From positions 3,557,922-3,621,921 of the forward strand of contig MU053482.1 of assembly GCA_013239625.1 (NCBI GenBank): 64,000 nucleotides of DNA, given 5' to 3'. The notes beneath the pieces are model-generated. The model saw nothing but the letters and a program-made list of their open reading frames with translations. It was not told where the DNA came from and did not search any database. This DNA is from Lama guanicoe (taxonomy: Eukaryota). The position numbers and the translations under genes were made by a program. Shown here one piece after another: positions 26,047 through 39,039 of the stretch (within the stretch, counting starts at the first letter, position 1; the number at the start of each line of letters is the position of its first letter).

Positions 26047-28178
26047 CTTTTGAGGAAAAGAAAGACAACATTTCAGACAATGTCCTCAGACTGGACTCTT
26101 CTCTTGGTTCTGTCTGTGGCTCTTCGACCACTCAGTCTCATGGGGGAGACATTAGGGGCATGGACAGTCACGACATCTGAGGGGCACCACCAGGAAGACC
26201 ACTCCTCTCCCAGGCCATAAAGGTGCAGAAAACCTCACCATTGGCACTCATCCCTTGGGTCAGGAATTGTCCTTGGCATTGCTGGCTTTTCAAAAAAAAA
26301 AAAAAAAACACCTGTGGGCCTCAGGGCAAGGGAGCTGCCAGCTTCTCCGTGGCTGAGGGCTGGGGGACAAACAGAAGCACAGCCCAGGGCTCTGGGGATA
26401 GGAGGGTCCCCTGGGTGTATATCGAGCTGCCAAAGATGGAAACTGTCCTGTGATCTCATGGCTGTGCTCTGAATTGGCTGCAGTCTCCTGCCTGGTTGTT
26501 CTGGGCAGTGAGTGCCCACTTCCAGGACTTGTGACCTCCCCTGGCCCCGGGTCCTCAGTGGCCTGTAATGGCCCCTCTTGAGTTTTTAAACTCTCCAGGA
26601 GTATGTGGCCTGTAGACTGCCACCCTGAGGCAGCAGGCCAGCAGCTACTCCTGCCTGGGGCCTCAGCTAGCAGAGCTGGGGAGAGACGGATGGGATGCTG
26701 ACTGCAGGGATGTGGCACAGGTAGTCTCACAGCTGTGAGCCCAAGACCAGAGCCCCCAAGTGGAAATGCTAGACAGAGCTCCTTGGCTCTGTGACTTGTG
26801 CTCCTAAGGAGATTTTCAGTATCTCTGCAGCAGAGGCCACTTGAATGGTTTGCTGTCTGGATAAAGGAGGAAAGGAAGGGGCCAGCAGAGGGTGCCCCGG
26901 CCCAAATGGAAGTCACAGGCCAGAGGCCCACAGCCAAGCAGCTCTCAGCACCCTGGCTGGGGATGGGGGTGTCTGCTGATAGGGCAGTGGTTAGTGTGAT
27001 GGGGTCTCCAGGTTCTCTGTGGTTTCTTTGCTACAGAGAGAAATTTGCAGAGGCATGGTGATGGCCTATTGCCTGGGCCTGGCCTCTGACACCCAGAGAA
27101 CCATGAAGGCAAGTGCCTACCTAGACCCCTTGGCATCACCTTCCCCGGAGGTCTAGGACTGTGGCCCACCAGAGGCAGCCCTTCCAGGCCTGTGCTGATC
27201 CACTAGTTAATGTGGTCTTCCTGGACTGGTGGGCTTTTCTGTGTAAAATGTCATTCACCTCAGCAGCCAGGCCCCAGCTCCCTCAGAGTCTCCAACTCAG
27301 AGCATCATGGAAGGTTTCTGAATAGAACTGTGGCCAGTGTTGGAATGTGTCCCTGCTAGTGTGTGACCCCCTCACTTGTGCCACTGTGCCTCTTTCCCTT
27401 CCCCATCTCCCACCCCCTCTGCAGGGGAACCAGGAGAACCCTGGCCAACTCTAGCTGTGGGAGCACCAGGCCCTATCCTGTGGAGTCTGGCTGCCTTGGC
27501 CCATGGCCTGGGTTGGCCCCTGGAGAACTGGGGCTTGGATAAGGATTTCTTTGTCCTGTTAACCTCTTCTCTTCTTCACATCCTGGGCTCTCTTCCCTCC
27601 ATTTCTGGATCCCCCAGTCATTCCCTATATAGGATGCCAGCCCCATGAGAGACCATTGTGCCTGGTTAGGTGGCCCATGACAGCTGGGGACATGATGGCC
27701 ATCATTATGCTTGGATGGATCTGAGGCCCTTGGTTAATAGGCATCAGGGAGGAAAGCTTGGGGCATGACAGGGGAAAAGCTACTCCATCCTTGCCCCGTC
27801 CTAGGCATGATAAGGTGCTCAATCAAAGGCTTCTTGCTCAGAGCCACCAGCTCTGGCTGGAAGGGGAAAACAGCCCAGAGCTGAGGGCCCATCTGCCCCT
27901 CCATACACCCACCTTCTCCTTGAAATATGGCGCTGTGTGGCAGCTACATCCCAGCTGACTACACTCAAGTAAGCAGTGTAAAAGCACGCAAAGACAATGT
28001 TTATGATGAACATGTTGCCCTGCGGGCCGGGTTTATCAGGGTGGGGACGTTCAGGGCCCCCACAAGGCCCACATCCGGACCTGCCCCAGGACCCAGCTCA
28101 GCCCAGAGGTCTTCAGCCCTGGGGGCAGAGTTGGAGGACCTAGATGCACATCTGTCCAGGGGTTCCCCAGGAACATAC

Positions 28179-28796
28179 CTCACGGAGCTTGGTCAATTTC
28201 TGCATCCGCACAGGCTGCACTTGTATCTGAAAGTCTTTGAGTCCAGACGCCTTGGCCATCTTGCTGCCCACTTTGCCTGAAAAACGCTTCTCTTCCTCTG
28301 CCAGTGGTAGCTTGGCAAGCACTTTCTGGAGATGGGGGCCAGGTTCCTCGGGGCCACTGTCCCAGGAGACCCCCCGCAGCAGGGGTGGCCGGGATGCAGG
28401 AGGCCACAGCTCAGCTTTGGAGCCAACTTTGGACCCTGTGGGCTCTACAACTGTACCTTTTCCCTGGGAGGCCTGGGAAGCTGCACCTCCAGACCCCTGG
28501 GCTGGACTTCTGGGCAGAGGGTTGCCTTCCCTGGATGTCTTTGGAAGCGGCTTCCCCAGCTCGCTCTCCACAGGGCCAGGCTGGGGGGTGTTCAGGGCCA
28601 TTTTCCCACCACCGCCTGTGCCAGAAGCTGGGCCCTTGGGTACGGCCTCCGGGCACTGGAGGGGATCGAAGTTTTCCTTTTGTTCTATCGTGATCTCTTT
28701 GGACTTCTCAACTGTAGGAGAGCGGGGTGTCAGCCGGCCCTGAGACACTTTTCTCTGGTCATTCTGCTTCCGGTCAGCTAACCCTTTGAGGACATT
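28179..28796 (-). CDS. IRAG1: IRAG1 large exon [22 protein letters not shown]...[13 protein letters not shown]...[20 protein letters not shown], 618 nt
   Basis: tttcag|AAT acceptor, GAG|gtatgt donor; 206 codons; corresponds to ORF 28140..28748. Confidence 0.97.
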
Positions 28797-29980
28797 CTGA
28801 AAGAGACAAGGTAGAGCTGGGAGGCAGGTTGCAGAGGAGATAGGTGTGGGACTTCTGTCCTCTGGACCCTGCTAAGGGGTGTGTGTGTGTGTATGTAGCG
28901 TGTGTGGAGGTGGTGGAGGAGTGTGGGCTAGGTGGAAGGAGAAGACCTCTCAGTCAAGTCTGAGCCAATAAAGGGGACCTACAGACAAGCTTGGGGTTTG
29001 TAAAGCAGGACAAGAGGACCTGTTATTCAAAACCTGCCAAGAACTTCCCAAGGGCTAGGAGCTGCCGAGAACAGTAGAATAGAGGGCAGCTTGGGAGCAG
29101 TCACAAGTTTTGATGTTGACTCAGTTGCCCCAGATTTTAGTCCTGGCTCTGCCTCATAAGGCCCTTAACTCTTAGGAACTCAGATTTCCCATCAGGTTTG
29201 TGAACCCTCTGAAATTATATGCAAATGTATCTGTGTGTTTATGCATTGTATGTATTTTTCTGGGAGGAGAATATATGACTTTCAACAATTTCTCAGAGAC
29301 TTCCACAATCCAAAAGAAGCTACAGATCACTGACCAAGGTGATTCTTGCAAAGCTGATGTTTTACGGCTCAGAAGTTCTAAGATTCTGCAGTCTCCCTTC
29401 ATTTCTCAAGGGAAACCAGCTTTGTGAGGAGTAGGTAGGTCTCTCTGGGTATTCGTGTGGCTGCCTTGGGCATGTGCTGAAGCTCTCCCAGACAACTGTA
29501 TCCCAGACCTAGTCCTACATTAGATTATGCTCTATGCTGCCCTTGACACCACCTTGACTCTGAGCAGGCATATGGCTCTTCTATTGCTCATCAGCAAAGG
29601 TGAGGTTTTCCAGGCTGCCCCTAGGAAGAGTCCCAGTCATGCGCTGGAGCTTTCCTGAAATTTTTAAGAGAAGTGACAGGAGCAGCAGTCTTGCCTGGCT
29701 GCTGCTGGACCCAGCAGTCCCCTGGTCTCTGGCAGCAGCCTGACTAGGGAGGTAGGGCTATGGGCAGGACCACCATGGAGGTCATCCCCATGACTCCCAC
29801 CTCCTCACCCCTCCACCTCAGACTCCTAGTCACGAGAGGGCAGAGGAACCTTCCAGCTTCCTCAGCCTCAACCCTCCACTCATGCACACCCACTCGCAAG
29901 CTGGCCTAGACCCAGCAGAGGCATCTGGAACACTATGTCTCCCATACCCATCATCCAAATTCGGTAGAGCTCAAACTCAC

Positions 29981-30025
29981 AGGCTTGCCAAGGTGAGGTG
30001 AAGAGACTTCGGCCTCATCCCCTTT
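29981..30025 (-). CDS. IRAG1: IRAG1 exon KGDEAEVSSPHLGKP, 45 nt (48 nt, to 30028, with the upstream NAGNAG acceptor)
   Basis: ctcCAGCAG|AAA tandem acceptor, CCT|gtgagt donor; phase 0 to 0. Confidence 0.93.
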
Positions 30026-30236
30026 CTGCTGGAGAAAGTAAACACGAGTCAGTTAGCAATATGAAGAGACCATATGTCCTTTTGAAATACCCTCAAGGAG
30101 GCTCCTACAGTGGAGTCAATGTCTTTCCCACCAAGCCCCCTCACCTCCAGTGGATCATGGAGGGCCTCTTGGATGTTAAGGGATAAGAGGAGAGACTAGC
30201 TGGTGCAGAAACCCCAAACAGGGTCCCCGTTATTAC

Positions 30237-30289
30237 CTGTGGTGTTGCTCCAGGCAGAGGGGACTGTGGGCTACTGCACGCATCCAAAC
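30237..30289 (-). CDS. IRAG1: IRAG1 exon (G)LDACSSPQSPLPGATPQ, 53 nt
   Basis: ttttag|GT acceptor, CAG|gtaata donor; phase 1 to 0. Confidence 0.93.
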
Positions 30290-31038
30290 CTAAAATGGTC
30301 CAGGCACTGGTGAGTGATGCCCAGTCTCCCAGATCCTCAGCTGTTGTCAGCTGCAGCAAAAATACATCTACCTCCCCAGAATGTTCTCCTTAGCTCCCTC
30401 AGGCCTCAGAGCTAGTAATGCAAGTATTTATTGGGAGGACCTCCCACATGCCAGGGTCTGTGGTGACCCCCACTTAACCATCACAGAAACCACTCAAGGC
30501 AACCGAGGCAGGAGGAAATCCAGGCCATAGAGCTAGGGGGGCCAGTGCTGGGATTTGAACCTAAGGTGCCTGGCCCAAGCCTGAGCCTGCCCTGCAGCTC
30601 TGACAAGAGCAGGCTGCTCTCCCTGGCACCTTGCCCCTTCCCCAGCTGACTTGAGGGTTTGGCCCTGAACACAGCCTAATGAAAGGGAAGCCATCAAAAC
30701 ACAAAGAGTGGGCCACATAGAGGCCTTTGCAAGTAAGCTCTGAGGTGACCTCTCCCCGCGTTCTCTCTGGGCAGAGAGCCCCAGTCACAATCCACCTTCC
30801 CACAACCTTGCCCTGGTTCTCACCCCACTGGTCTCATCCTGGGCTAGGCCTGTTTGAAACCCCAAGAGAAAGCACATCCTCCTCCCCCGGGGCAGCCCTG
30901 CCAGACCCCTGGGGAGGGAACCAAAGGGGGTCCCACCGGGAAGCCTGCAGGCTGGGAGTCCTGGAGGCCAGCAGTGGGGCTGAGTCACCACCTGACTGGA
31001 GAAGCCAGGGCAGGAAATGCCAGGGGGCTGGACCTCAC

Positions 31039-31116
31039 CGGGCGGCGAGGGGACGGTAATCAAGTTGCTCTGAGAGGACGCAGGAGAAGCTCCGGGACTG
31101 AGGTTTGGGGAAACAG
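31039..31116 (-). CDS. IRAG1: IRAG1 exon (A)VSPNLSPGASPASSQSNLITVPSPP, 78 nt
   Basis: ccacag|CT acceptor, G|gtgagg donor; phase 1 to 1. Confidence 0.95.
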
Positions 31117-32176
31117 CTGTGGAGACAGACACAAATTGGCCAGCATTTGTGAGGGTTCAAGACTTCAGCCTAACAAAGACATCCTTTGGGGTATTTCTCA
31201 TCCCTTGGAACTGGGTCTGCCTTGTTGGGGTCAGGGGCTAATTCCGGACTGTCACAGAAGGCTCCTACCACAGCCCAAACCGTCCCTGCTGCCAGCCCAG
31301 CAGTAGGAGCACTGGGTCATTTGGGAGAGGGGAGGATTGGGGTCACACTCCTCAGTCTACCTGACCTGACCCCAAACCACCTCCTAGAAACAGAGGACCT
31401 GGTGCTGCTTGGCAGGTACAGCTCCAAAGGTTGCACCTCCTTGACTGGCCAGGCTGGCCCTGATTTCAGATGCGTCCCTTGCCTCCTAGGTACATTCAGA
31501 CTTATCTAACTGCCCCGAATTTTTGCTCGGGAAAAAGAATGACTTTAGCCAAAGGGGTAATAGAAGGATTTCAGGGTCCAGAAAAACCTTCCTTCTAATC
31601 TAGGAATTCCAAAGAACAGCCTCCCTTCCCCAACAGTAACCAGGATCCTTCCTGGTGCCCACAGCTGGAGGTCAGGGAGAGGGAGCCCAGTGCTTGCCTC
31701 TCCTGACTTCTGTGGAGGCAGTGACCATAGAACAGGGCCTCATGGGGACAGTGGGAGCTACACAGGCCAGGCAGGGTGGCGTAGGAATCTGTGCACACAG
31801 GCATCACACAGAGGGTTTCTCTCCATGCAGGGTTCAGGGACTGGGGACCCCTAGTTAAGTTCACAGGTAACATATGGGCTGGCATTTCTTGGCAAAGCAG
31901 GAAGACACAACGGTCACACACAGGTCCCAAAAACGAAAAGCAGAGTTTTCTGGGCTAGAGTTGGGTTAATATTTCAGAGCTTCTGAATGGGGCAAGATGC
32001 CCTCTCCTCACAGGATCCTCTCCACAAGGCTCAGTCCTCTGGGGGCTTAGAGGCCTAGAGGCAGGAGAGTTGAGGGCCACCCATCAAAAGCAGGGCTCCC
32101 ACTGCAGCTGGGGCCGGGCCCTCCTCACCCTCCGCCCCACCTTGGAGGGGCTCAGGGCAGTCACCTGTCATCCTAC

Positions 32177-32350
32177 CTGACGGGGAGTCTCCGGGGCTGC
32201 TCCTGGACTTCCTCCCACGGCGGGTCAGGAACCGCTCACTCACCGACTTGGCTTCCTCCAGCAGCGCCAGGTTTTTCTTCTTGTCCTCCTCTGAGATGCT
32301 GATGTCCGGCAGCTGGTCGTTTACCAGGTCAATGACGTGCCCCGCAGGGT
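32177..32350 (-). CDS. IRAG1: IRAG1 exon (D)[57 protein letters not shown], 174 nt; PKG-Ibeta-binding region
   Basis: ctgcag|AC acceptor, G|gtagga donor; phase 1 to 1; basic RRGRK cluster. Confidence 0.97.
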
Positions 32351-34530
32351 CTGCAGAGGGAGGGTGAGAGCCACAGAACCCTTGGTCCTTGGCTGAAAAG
32401 CCTTGCCTCCAGTCTCCACACCTCAGCCTTGAGACACTGCCCAGAGCAGACTCAACCAGACAGACCTCGGCCCGATGCTGGCCCTGGAGAGAGCTGCACG
32501 GGGACCAACGGGGCTTCCTCAGCAGGCCTGGCCCCTCCCACTGTAGCCAGCGGCTGTGGCAGGTCCTCTGTCATAAATGGTCACTTGGCTCCTGGTACTG
32601 TCCCAAACTCTGCTGTTAGGGAAGGGCAGCAGGAGCCCCACCTCCGTGTTATCTGCTCCCCTAGGGTTCTCCCCTCCAGTCTCTCTTTCTTCAACAAGCT
32701 AGTGAGCTTAACGTGTAGATAAAGGAGCACTCCAAGATCATGGGCCAAAGACCATCCCATGGCCATCTTCCCTCCTTTTTCCCCTCTACAAACACTGTTT
32801 ACCATCTTCCTTCTCCAAAACCATCCCTTCTCCAGGAGGCTTCCCCTGGGAGACATCACCTCTTACCCAGCTGCTCAGAAACATGGGAGTCACTCCACAG
32901 TCTTCCCTCTCCCTCAGTCCTCCAGCATCCAACCAGCTCATCATCAAGTCCTGATCGTCATCTACCTTGTAAATATCTCTGGCACCTGTGCCTCATCTCC
33001 ACTTTTGCTCATCAGCTGTAACTTACCTGCACAATTACATCAGCCAACTCATAGGTCCCCTACCTTCAGTCTGTCCACTCTGTCCCATCCTCCACTGCCT
33101 ATCAGAGTGACCTTCCCAAGAGCCATATCTGAGCATGGAGTGCTCCTGCCTCACCTCATCAGGATTCCGCATGGTACCCAGTGTGACATCCAGATGCCAA
33201 ACCCAGCCCAGCCACTTTTGATGACCCCATATACTTCTCTCCTCCAGCCCCACAATGGTGAACAGCTCCCATTGTATCTCTCTAGCTTCCTTTCCCCCTT
33301 CTCCTGGTCATAGCTCCCCAGTTGGCATTGGGTAAAACCCCTCTGAGTCTCAATTACAACAGTTAGGAAGGAGCTAAACCCTACCGCCCACCTCATCCCA
33401 AGTGCCAGTAATGGAACCATGCACCATCCTTGGCCAGTCAATGAGTTCCACCTCCTGGGTGGCTGGCCCAGGGATGGCCATCTGAGGCCAATAAGAGGCA
33501 ATTCTGGGAACTGTGTTGGGTATACGAGGAAGAGGATTGCTCTTTCCACTGATGGGATGTCATCTGGGATTGACTGATAGCTGTTTGCCCAGAAGAAAGC
33601 CAATACACAAGGGAGGAGACTTGGGATGGGACAATTGCTAATGACCCAGCTAGGGCACCAGGATTCAGCACACCCTGAAACTACAAGCCCTGGCTTTTAT
33701 TTATTTTAAATTTTGGCTAGTGTGACTTGAGTTTCTATTATATGAAAGAATCTTGACCGATACACACAGCAGAGAATTCAGCTGCTCTGTTATGGGTCTT
33801 GCTCGCCAACTGTGTTGCTTCTTCCACCTGGATTACCTCTCCTCCCTCTTGTCTATCTGCCCAACTCTCTAAGGCACAACTCACGTCCTCTCTTCTCTGG
33901 AAGACCTGCCCACACTTCCACAGTTCCTCTCTAGCTGGAATTGGTCTCCTTCTCAACTTAGCTTCCCTAACACTTCTGAGAAGTGCCTTACAATACAGTG
34001 TCCTGGTTACATCTGTTCAATTCTCAGCCTCTTCATTGACTACGAGCAACATGAAGGCAGAGACCAAGTTTGTATCATATCTATGTTCTGATGGTCCAGA
34101 GCAGACCCTGAGAAATCCTTCAGGGAATGAGCAGGTGATGGGGGCAGCCAACCTTGCATCCCAGCACAAACCTACCTGCACGTGGGCCTTTCTAGCAGGG
34201 GTGGAGGGTTCTGCCCTTCAACCCTAAAACTGAGCCTCACCCAGCAGTTCTGTCTCTTGTTGACTTCCTCATTTTCCTCTTTGTGCCCTGGTATTGTATT
34301 TTTACTAGAACAAATTGACATTAGGTATCATACTTCTTCTGGGCTCAAACACAGGGGGCTGATCACTTTGCCCTGTTGGGTGCATAGGGATGGACCTGCC
34401 TGAGAAGCAGGAGAGGGGAAGGGGCCAAGCCTGGCCAAGCTGCCAGACCTCAGTCTTCTTAATCAGACACACTTTCAGGGGGATCCCTATCTCTGGTTGT
34501 AGAAATAAGATAAATCGGCTTAGTCCTTAC

Positions 34531-34601
34531 CCACAGAAGTCAGAGAAGCAGTGGAAACCTTCAAGTGTCGGTGAGAAAGCCTCCTGTGGGGACTGTGAGC
34601 T
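34531..34601 (-). CDS. IRAG1: IRAG1 exon (R)[23 protein letters not shown](D), 71 nt, phase 2 to 1
   Basis: tttcag|A acceptor, G|gtaagg donor; conserved [17 protein letters not shown]. Confidence 0.96.
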
Positions 34602-34704
34602 CTGAAAGACAGAAAAGAGCCATATTGTTAAGAAAATTTGTTCGCATCTTATAAGTAGGAAAACAGATGCCTGTATGTTCTTTCGGTCATCCTAAAGCAT
34701 CATC

Positions 34705-34852
34705 TTATAAGCTTATCGAAGCTTGGAAGTTTGTTAGAAATGCAATCCCAGACCTACAGGACCAGAAACTCAGGGTGGGGCCTGGCCATCTGTGACTGAA
34801 CAAGCCCCCCAGGTGATTCTGATGCTCGCTCAAGTTTTCAAACCATGGCCCT
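34705..34852. mobile_element. MER5A-like hAT-Charlie element
   Basis: TTGTTAGAAATGCA...CCCAGACCTAC...GGGTGGGGCC...AACAAGCCCCCCAGGTGATTCTGATGC...AAGTTT. Confidence 0.75.
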
Positions 34853-35687
34853 AAGGAGATAACAGTTGGACTATGTACTATTTATCAGGGCTCAGACTCT
34901 GAGTGAGCATCTAACTTGTAGAAAACTCACAAAATGTGAATAATTATCTAGTAGAGATGCAGATGATTTCTGTTGGGGAGAAACGATAAAAATTAGGTTT
35001 CATTGCCCTATGAAACATTAACCTATTTTACATCTAACTTGGCAAACTTACACCAGCTTTCATCTCCTCCTCACTGATTATATATGTATATCCATTTCTT
35101 GTATCCTCCTTTGAACTGACTTTTCTCTCCTGATGGTCCCCTCGTTAATGAGTTAAATAAATTTTTGACACAAGGTCACTATATATTTGCATGAGCATTA
35201 TCTTTGTACCTTTTTGGAAATCACACTTAGACAATCTCATTCCTGCTAGGTTAGGTGGTCTAGTGCTATGTAAAACCACGGCAGCAACATCTCCGCACAT
35301 GAGCCAATGTCCCTCCCAATAAGATCATCTTCCACACAGAACCCACTTTGGCCTGGGGGAGGAATCTACAGTCCAAGACATATCTTTCAGGTCTGTTTGC
35401 AGATATCTGGGCAGTTATTGTAGGGAACTCCCCTGCTAGGATTTGTGCTATTCTTAAAGGTTAGCAAATTGCAAAGAGCCAAACCAGGAGAGAAAAAAAT
35501 CATTGAAGGGAAAGATAATGGAAAAATCCCAAGCTCTCTCTCCCATTTTGAAAAACTGCTTGATTGTATTTCATCAATAAAATGATCAAGAAAGAAGAAA
35601 AGATTTATAAAAAGAGAGCTGTCTAATCCCCCACGTGCTAGGAAATATTGCTCTTCACAGCACAAAGATTAAGCATATAGGATGTAC

Positions 35688-35788
35688 CTGTTGACCAGGC
35701 TTTTGTCAGTTTCTCCTTCCGGTGAACTGGCATCCCCGGTCAGGATAATGGTGGGTGGACTGCAAGATATTCCTGCGGTGGGAGGGCC
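35688..35788 (-). CDS. IRAG1: IRAG1 exon [33 protein letters not shown](R), 101 nt, phase 0 to 2
   Basis: catcag|GGC acceptor, AG|gtacat donor; matches IRAG1 [13 protein letters not shown]. Not in the ORF track; read directly. Confidence 0.95.
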
Positions 35789-38700
35789 CTGATGGTTTAG
35801 AACAAAAACACAGATGGAGTTAAGCTATCAGGAACTGGAGCCTTTATTTCAACATTAAGACACTCAGAGCCTTCTTAATAAGGGTCGAATGCAGTTTATT
35901 TGGATTATTCAGGGGAAAAAAAATCAATTTCTCCTTCATTCCCCACCAGGCATTCACTGAGCTTAACACAGTCCACTTTTCATGCACTAAGTTTAAGGAA
36001 ACTCTAAGCCATCCCTGGTTAGTTCTCATTAAAATGTAGGAAAAGAATGGTGTGGGGTCCTCAGACTGCAGTCAGCCTGGCTGGAGAATGAGGGGGACCA
36101 GCAGAAAAAGCAGTGGCACCCACACGTTCCTGATACCCAGTGACAGTCCTACATTGGGTAATAGAAACATTTCAATAAAAGTGATTTGTTCAATGGGTAA
36201 TGGAATGCAGTTTAACTCTTGTAACTTTGTAAAAATGTTTATCTAAATGAACACGTATTTCTGAAACAAGAAGTCACTAGCCAATCGTTAGATTTTTCAA
36301 GATATTTTGAAACTGCTAAACAAAATAGAACAAAACTACTAACAGTCAAAATGAGTTATTAGGTCCTTGGTTGGGGAAGTTGTAGTGAAACTGGTCTACT
36401 GTTATGCTGCTGATGGCTACATGAGTTGGCTGTGTGAGCTGTAAAATCCTGTATCTGGAGTATAAGAAGTATTTGTTGGCAAATGAATGACTGAAATAAA
36501 AGCAATACTGTATAGGACGTATAACACCCTGTAAAGATGCATGTCAACCTATGTTTTCCCCTATGTATGTGGACTGGGGATAAAAATAGGACCAGTTAAC
36601 AGTAACACACAGTATCTCTTTGGTTCTTCTGCCACATGCTACTGCAGTATTTCCATCTCAGAATTGTTCCCAGTTATGTCTGGGAGACTTTCTAGGGGTT
36701 CCTCTCCTCCGACCTTCACCATCTTCCTTCTCCTCTCCCTGCCCCTCTTACTGGTGTGTGCTGTCCAGGCCCTCTGTGAATGCTCTCCTCTCCCTGCCAA
36801 AGGTCTGTCTCCCCATGCTCCCAAGCATGCCACACCACTTCCCACTGTTGATGCGACCTCCTGAAGCTTTAGAAGGCAGATCCCCCTGGGCACTTTCTCT
36901 GGAATTCATTTTCTTCTGGAGTCCCTGGGCATTCAGTGCTCTTACCTCTACTGGCCCCACTGAAGCCATGGCCTGGGGGCTGCCCTTGCAGAGCCATGGC
37001 TGAGTTGCATTCTTGAGCCTTCAGTATGCAGATGTTGGCTCCTTGCAAGGAGGGGAGAAGACCCTCTGTCCTTTTCACATTATTGCTCTTTGTTAAGTGG
37101 GGACTGTACAGTGCTCTCTGAACTTTTTAAATCCCACAAATTTTAGTGAAACTGACCAGCTCTTTCCACATTCATTTGCATCTCTTCCCTCCCTTGGCCT
37201 CAGACATCAGGCCAGGTGAGCTGGTGAAGAGTGTCTGAGTCTAGCCAGGAAACATCGGACCCCTGTGTTCTGGGACCTCTTCAGCTGGAGGGAGCTGCAG
37301 TGCTTGGAGGAAGTGAAAGCTCTCAGAACTCCCGAGCACACAGAAAGGCAGTTTGGGCAAGGACTGTGGCTGGGTAGGAGTAGGAGGCAGCACTGCCAAT
37401 TGGAAGAATCATACAGACCTGCGCTCAAATTTCTGCTCATCATCTACTAGCCATGTTTCCTGGGCAAGTTATCGAACTTCGATATGCTCCATTATCATAA
37501 AGGTTGACGTGAGGACTTAGCACATGATGGATATTTTCAATAAGTGGTTATAATATTGTCAGATTACTTTTTTCTTTCATTCAACAGACACATTGTAGTT
37601 ACCTATCATGTGCCAGGAGAAGCTTGAGATACAAAGACTTTCGAGAGCTCACAGTAAAGCAAGGGATACAGAGAAGTAATTAATACTTAAAATATATATA
37701 AGGTGATAAGGGATGGACCACATTCTGTAAAAGCCAAAGGAAAGGAAAGAGAACTCTCTTCAGCAGGGTAGTTGGAGAAGACTCTCCAGAGAAGGCCACA
37801 TTTGAGCCAGGTCTTGAGGGATGAATAGAAGTTTGCAAGACAAAGATATTAGGGGAGACACTTTAGGCAAAGGGAACAGCATTAGCAAAAGGCATAACTG
37901 GGCATTAGGGATTCATCAGTGTAGCTGGAGCATGGACTATGGAGTATGTGAGATAAGAGAGTCCAGGGATGGGGGCTGTGACATTGTGACTTATAAGAAA
38001 TATATATATATTCTGTCACAAGGACAGAAGTTGGTAGTTTCCCAAAAAGCAAACAACTTCTACAGACAGTTTCATCTTGATGGCTTGTGATGAGCTGGTC
38101 ACTTGCTTTGTCCTCTTATATTCTCCCTCACTTCCCATAACTATAAGATGGTCAAAGGCTTGCTGTCTCAGAAGTTTGTGCAAATGAAATGAAATAATGA
38201 ATGTGTATCCACTTTGGTAAGTGTCACGTGGTCTAAAAATACCCATTACTCATGGTTATCATTCAAATGAACAGCAGCTCCACTCAGTTCTCCCCAATTT
38301 TTGTCCACCAGTCTCCCCTGGTGGGAGGCCAGAGAGCAGCAGAGGGGCTGGGGCTTTCCAAAGGGCAGGAGGGAAGCAGGGGGATCTTGGGTCATGGTGT
38401 GGGGCCTGGGGACACACAGTGGACCAGCATCCTGGGGAGCTGCTGAGGTCAAGAAAGGCAAGCACTGTGTCAAAATGGCAGGTGATGGGGTGGAGCTGGG
38501 GCAGGCAGGGCTGGGGGCAGGTGCCCGGCTAATGGAAGAGCCAGTGAAGAGGAAGGACTGGGGGGGCATTTTCTACTGTGTGGATTCTCCGGGAGGCAGG
38601 AAGGGCTAACGTTTTTCCAAGGTCTCCTCTCCACATCACTAAGAGGGTTTCCTGCCGAGATGGTCCCGTGGATCTCAGTCAGAGAACTAGCATCCTCTGG

Positions 38701-39039
38701 AACCTATCCTCTGGGCTCAGAGGTGCAAATTGGAGACCTGGGAGCCATTTGCTGGGAGTGGTGTTTACAAGTGTTTACATTAGTTACCAACACTTCAGAA
38801 TTGGAAGAACTCCCGTAAAGGTCTGGATTTCCTGCTTTTCCTGAAAAGCCAAGAGAACAGGCCATCCTGGTCCACAGTTCTGCAGAATAACCTTCCCTTA
38901 GAGTCAGCTTCAATCATTTACACTCCCTGCCTGGCCCCAAAGGCCTCTGAGTTACTGCCCTGGGAGCCACAATTCTTAGCCTACCTTGGTTTTCTGGGGC
39001 ATAGGAAGTTTGTGCTTAAAGCCTCCTCTACCCACATCA

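Noticed and set aside
26290..26937. 215-aa minus-strand ORF
   Set aside because: Non-ATG start, runs into a poly-T tract, no recognisable homology, not needed for the IRAG1 frame
28237..28781. Several plus-strand ORFs overlapping the large exon (possible antisense gene)
   Set aside because: Shadow ORFs of a GC-rich coding exon; no independent support
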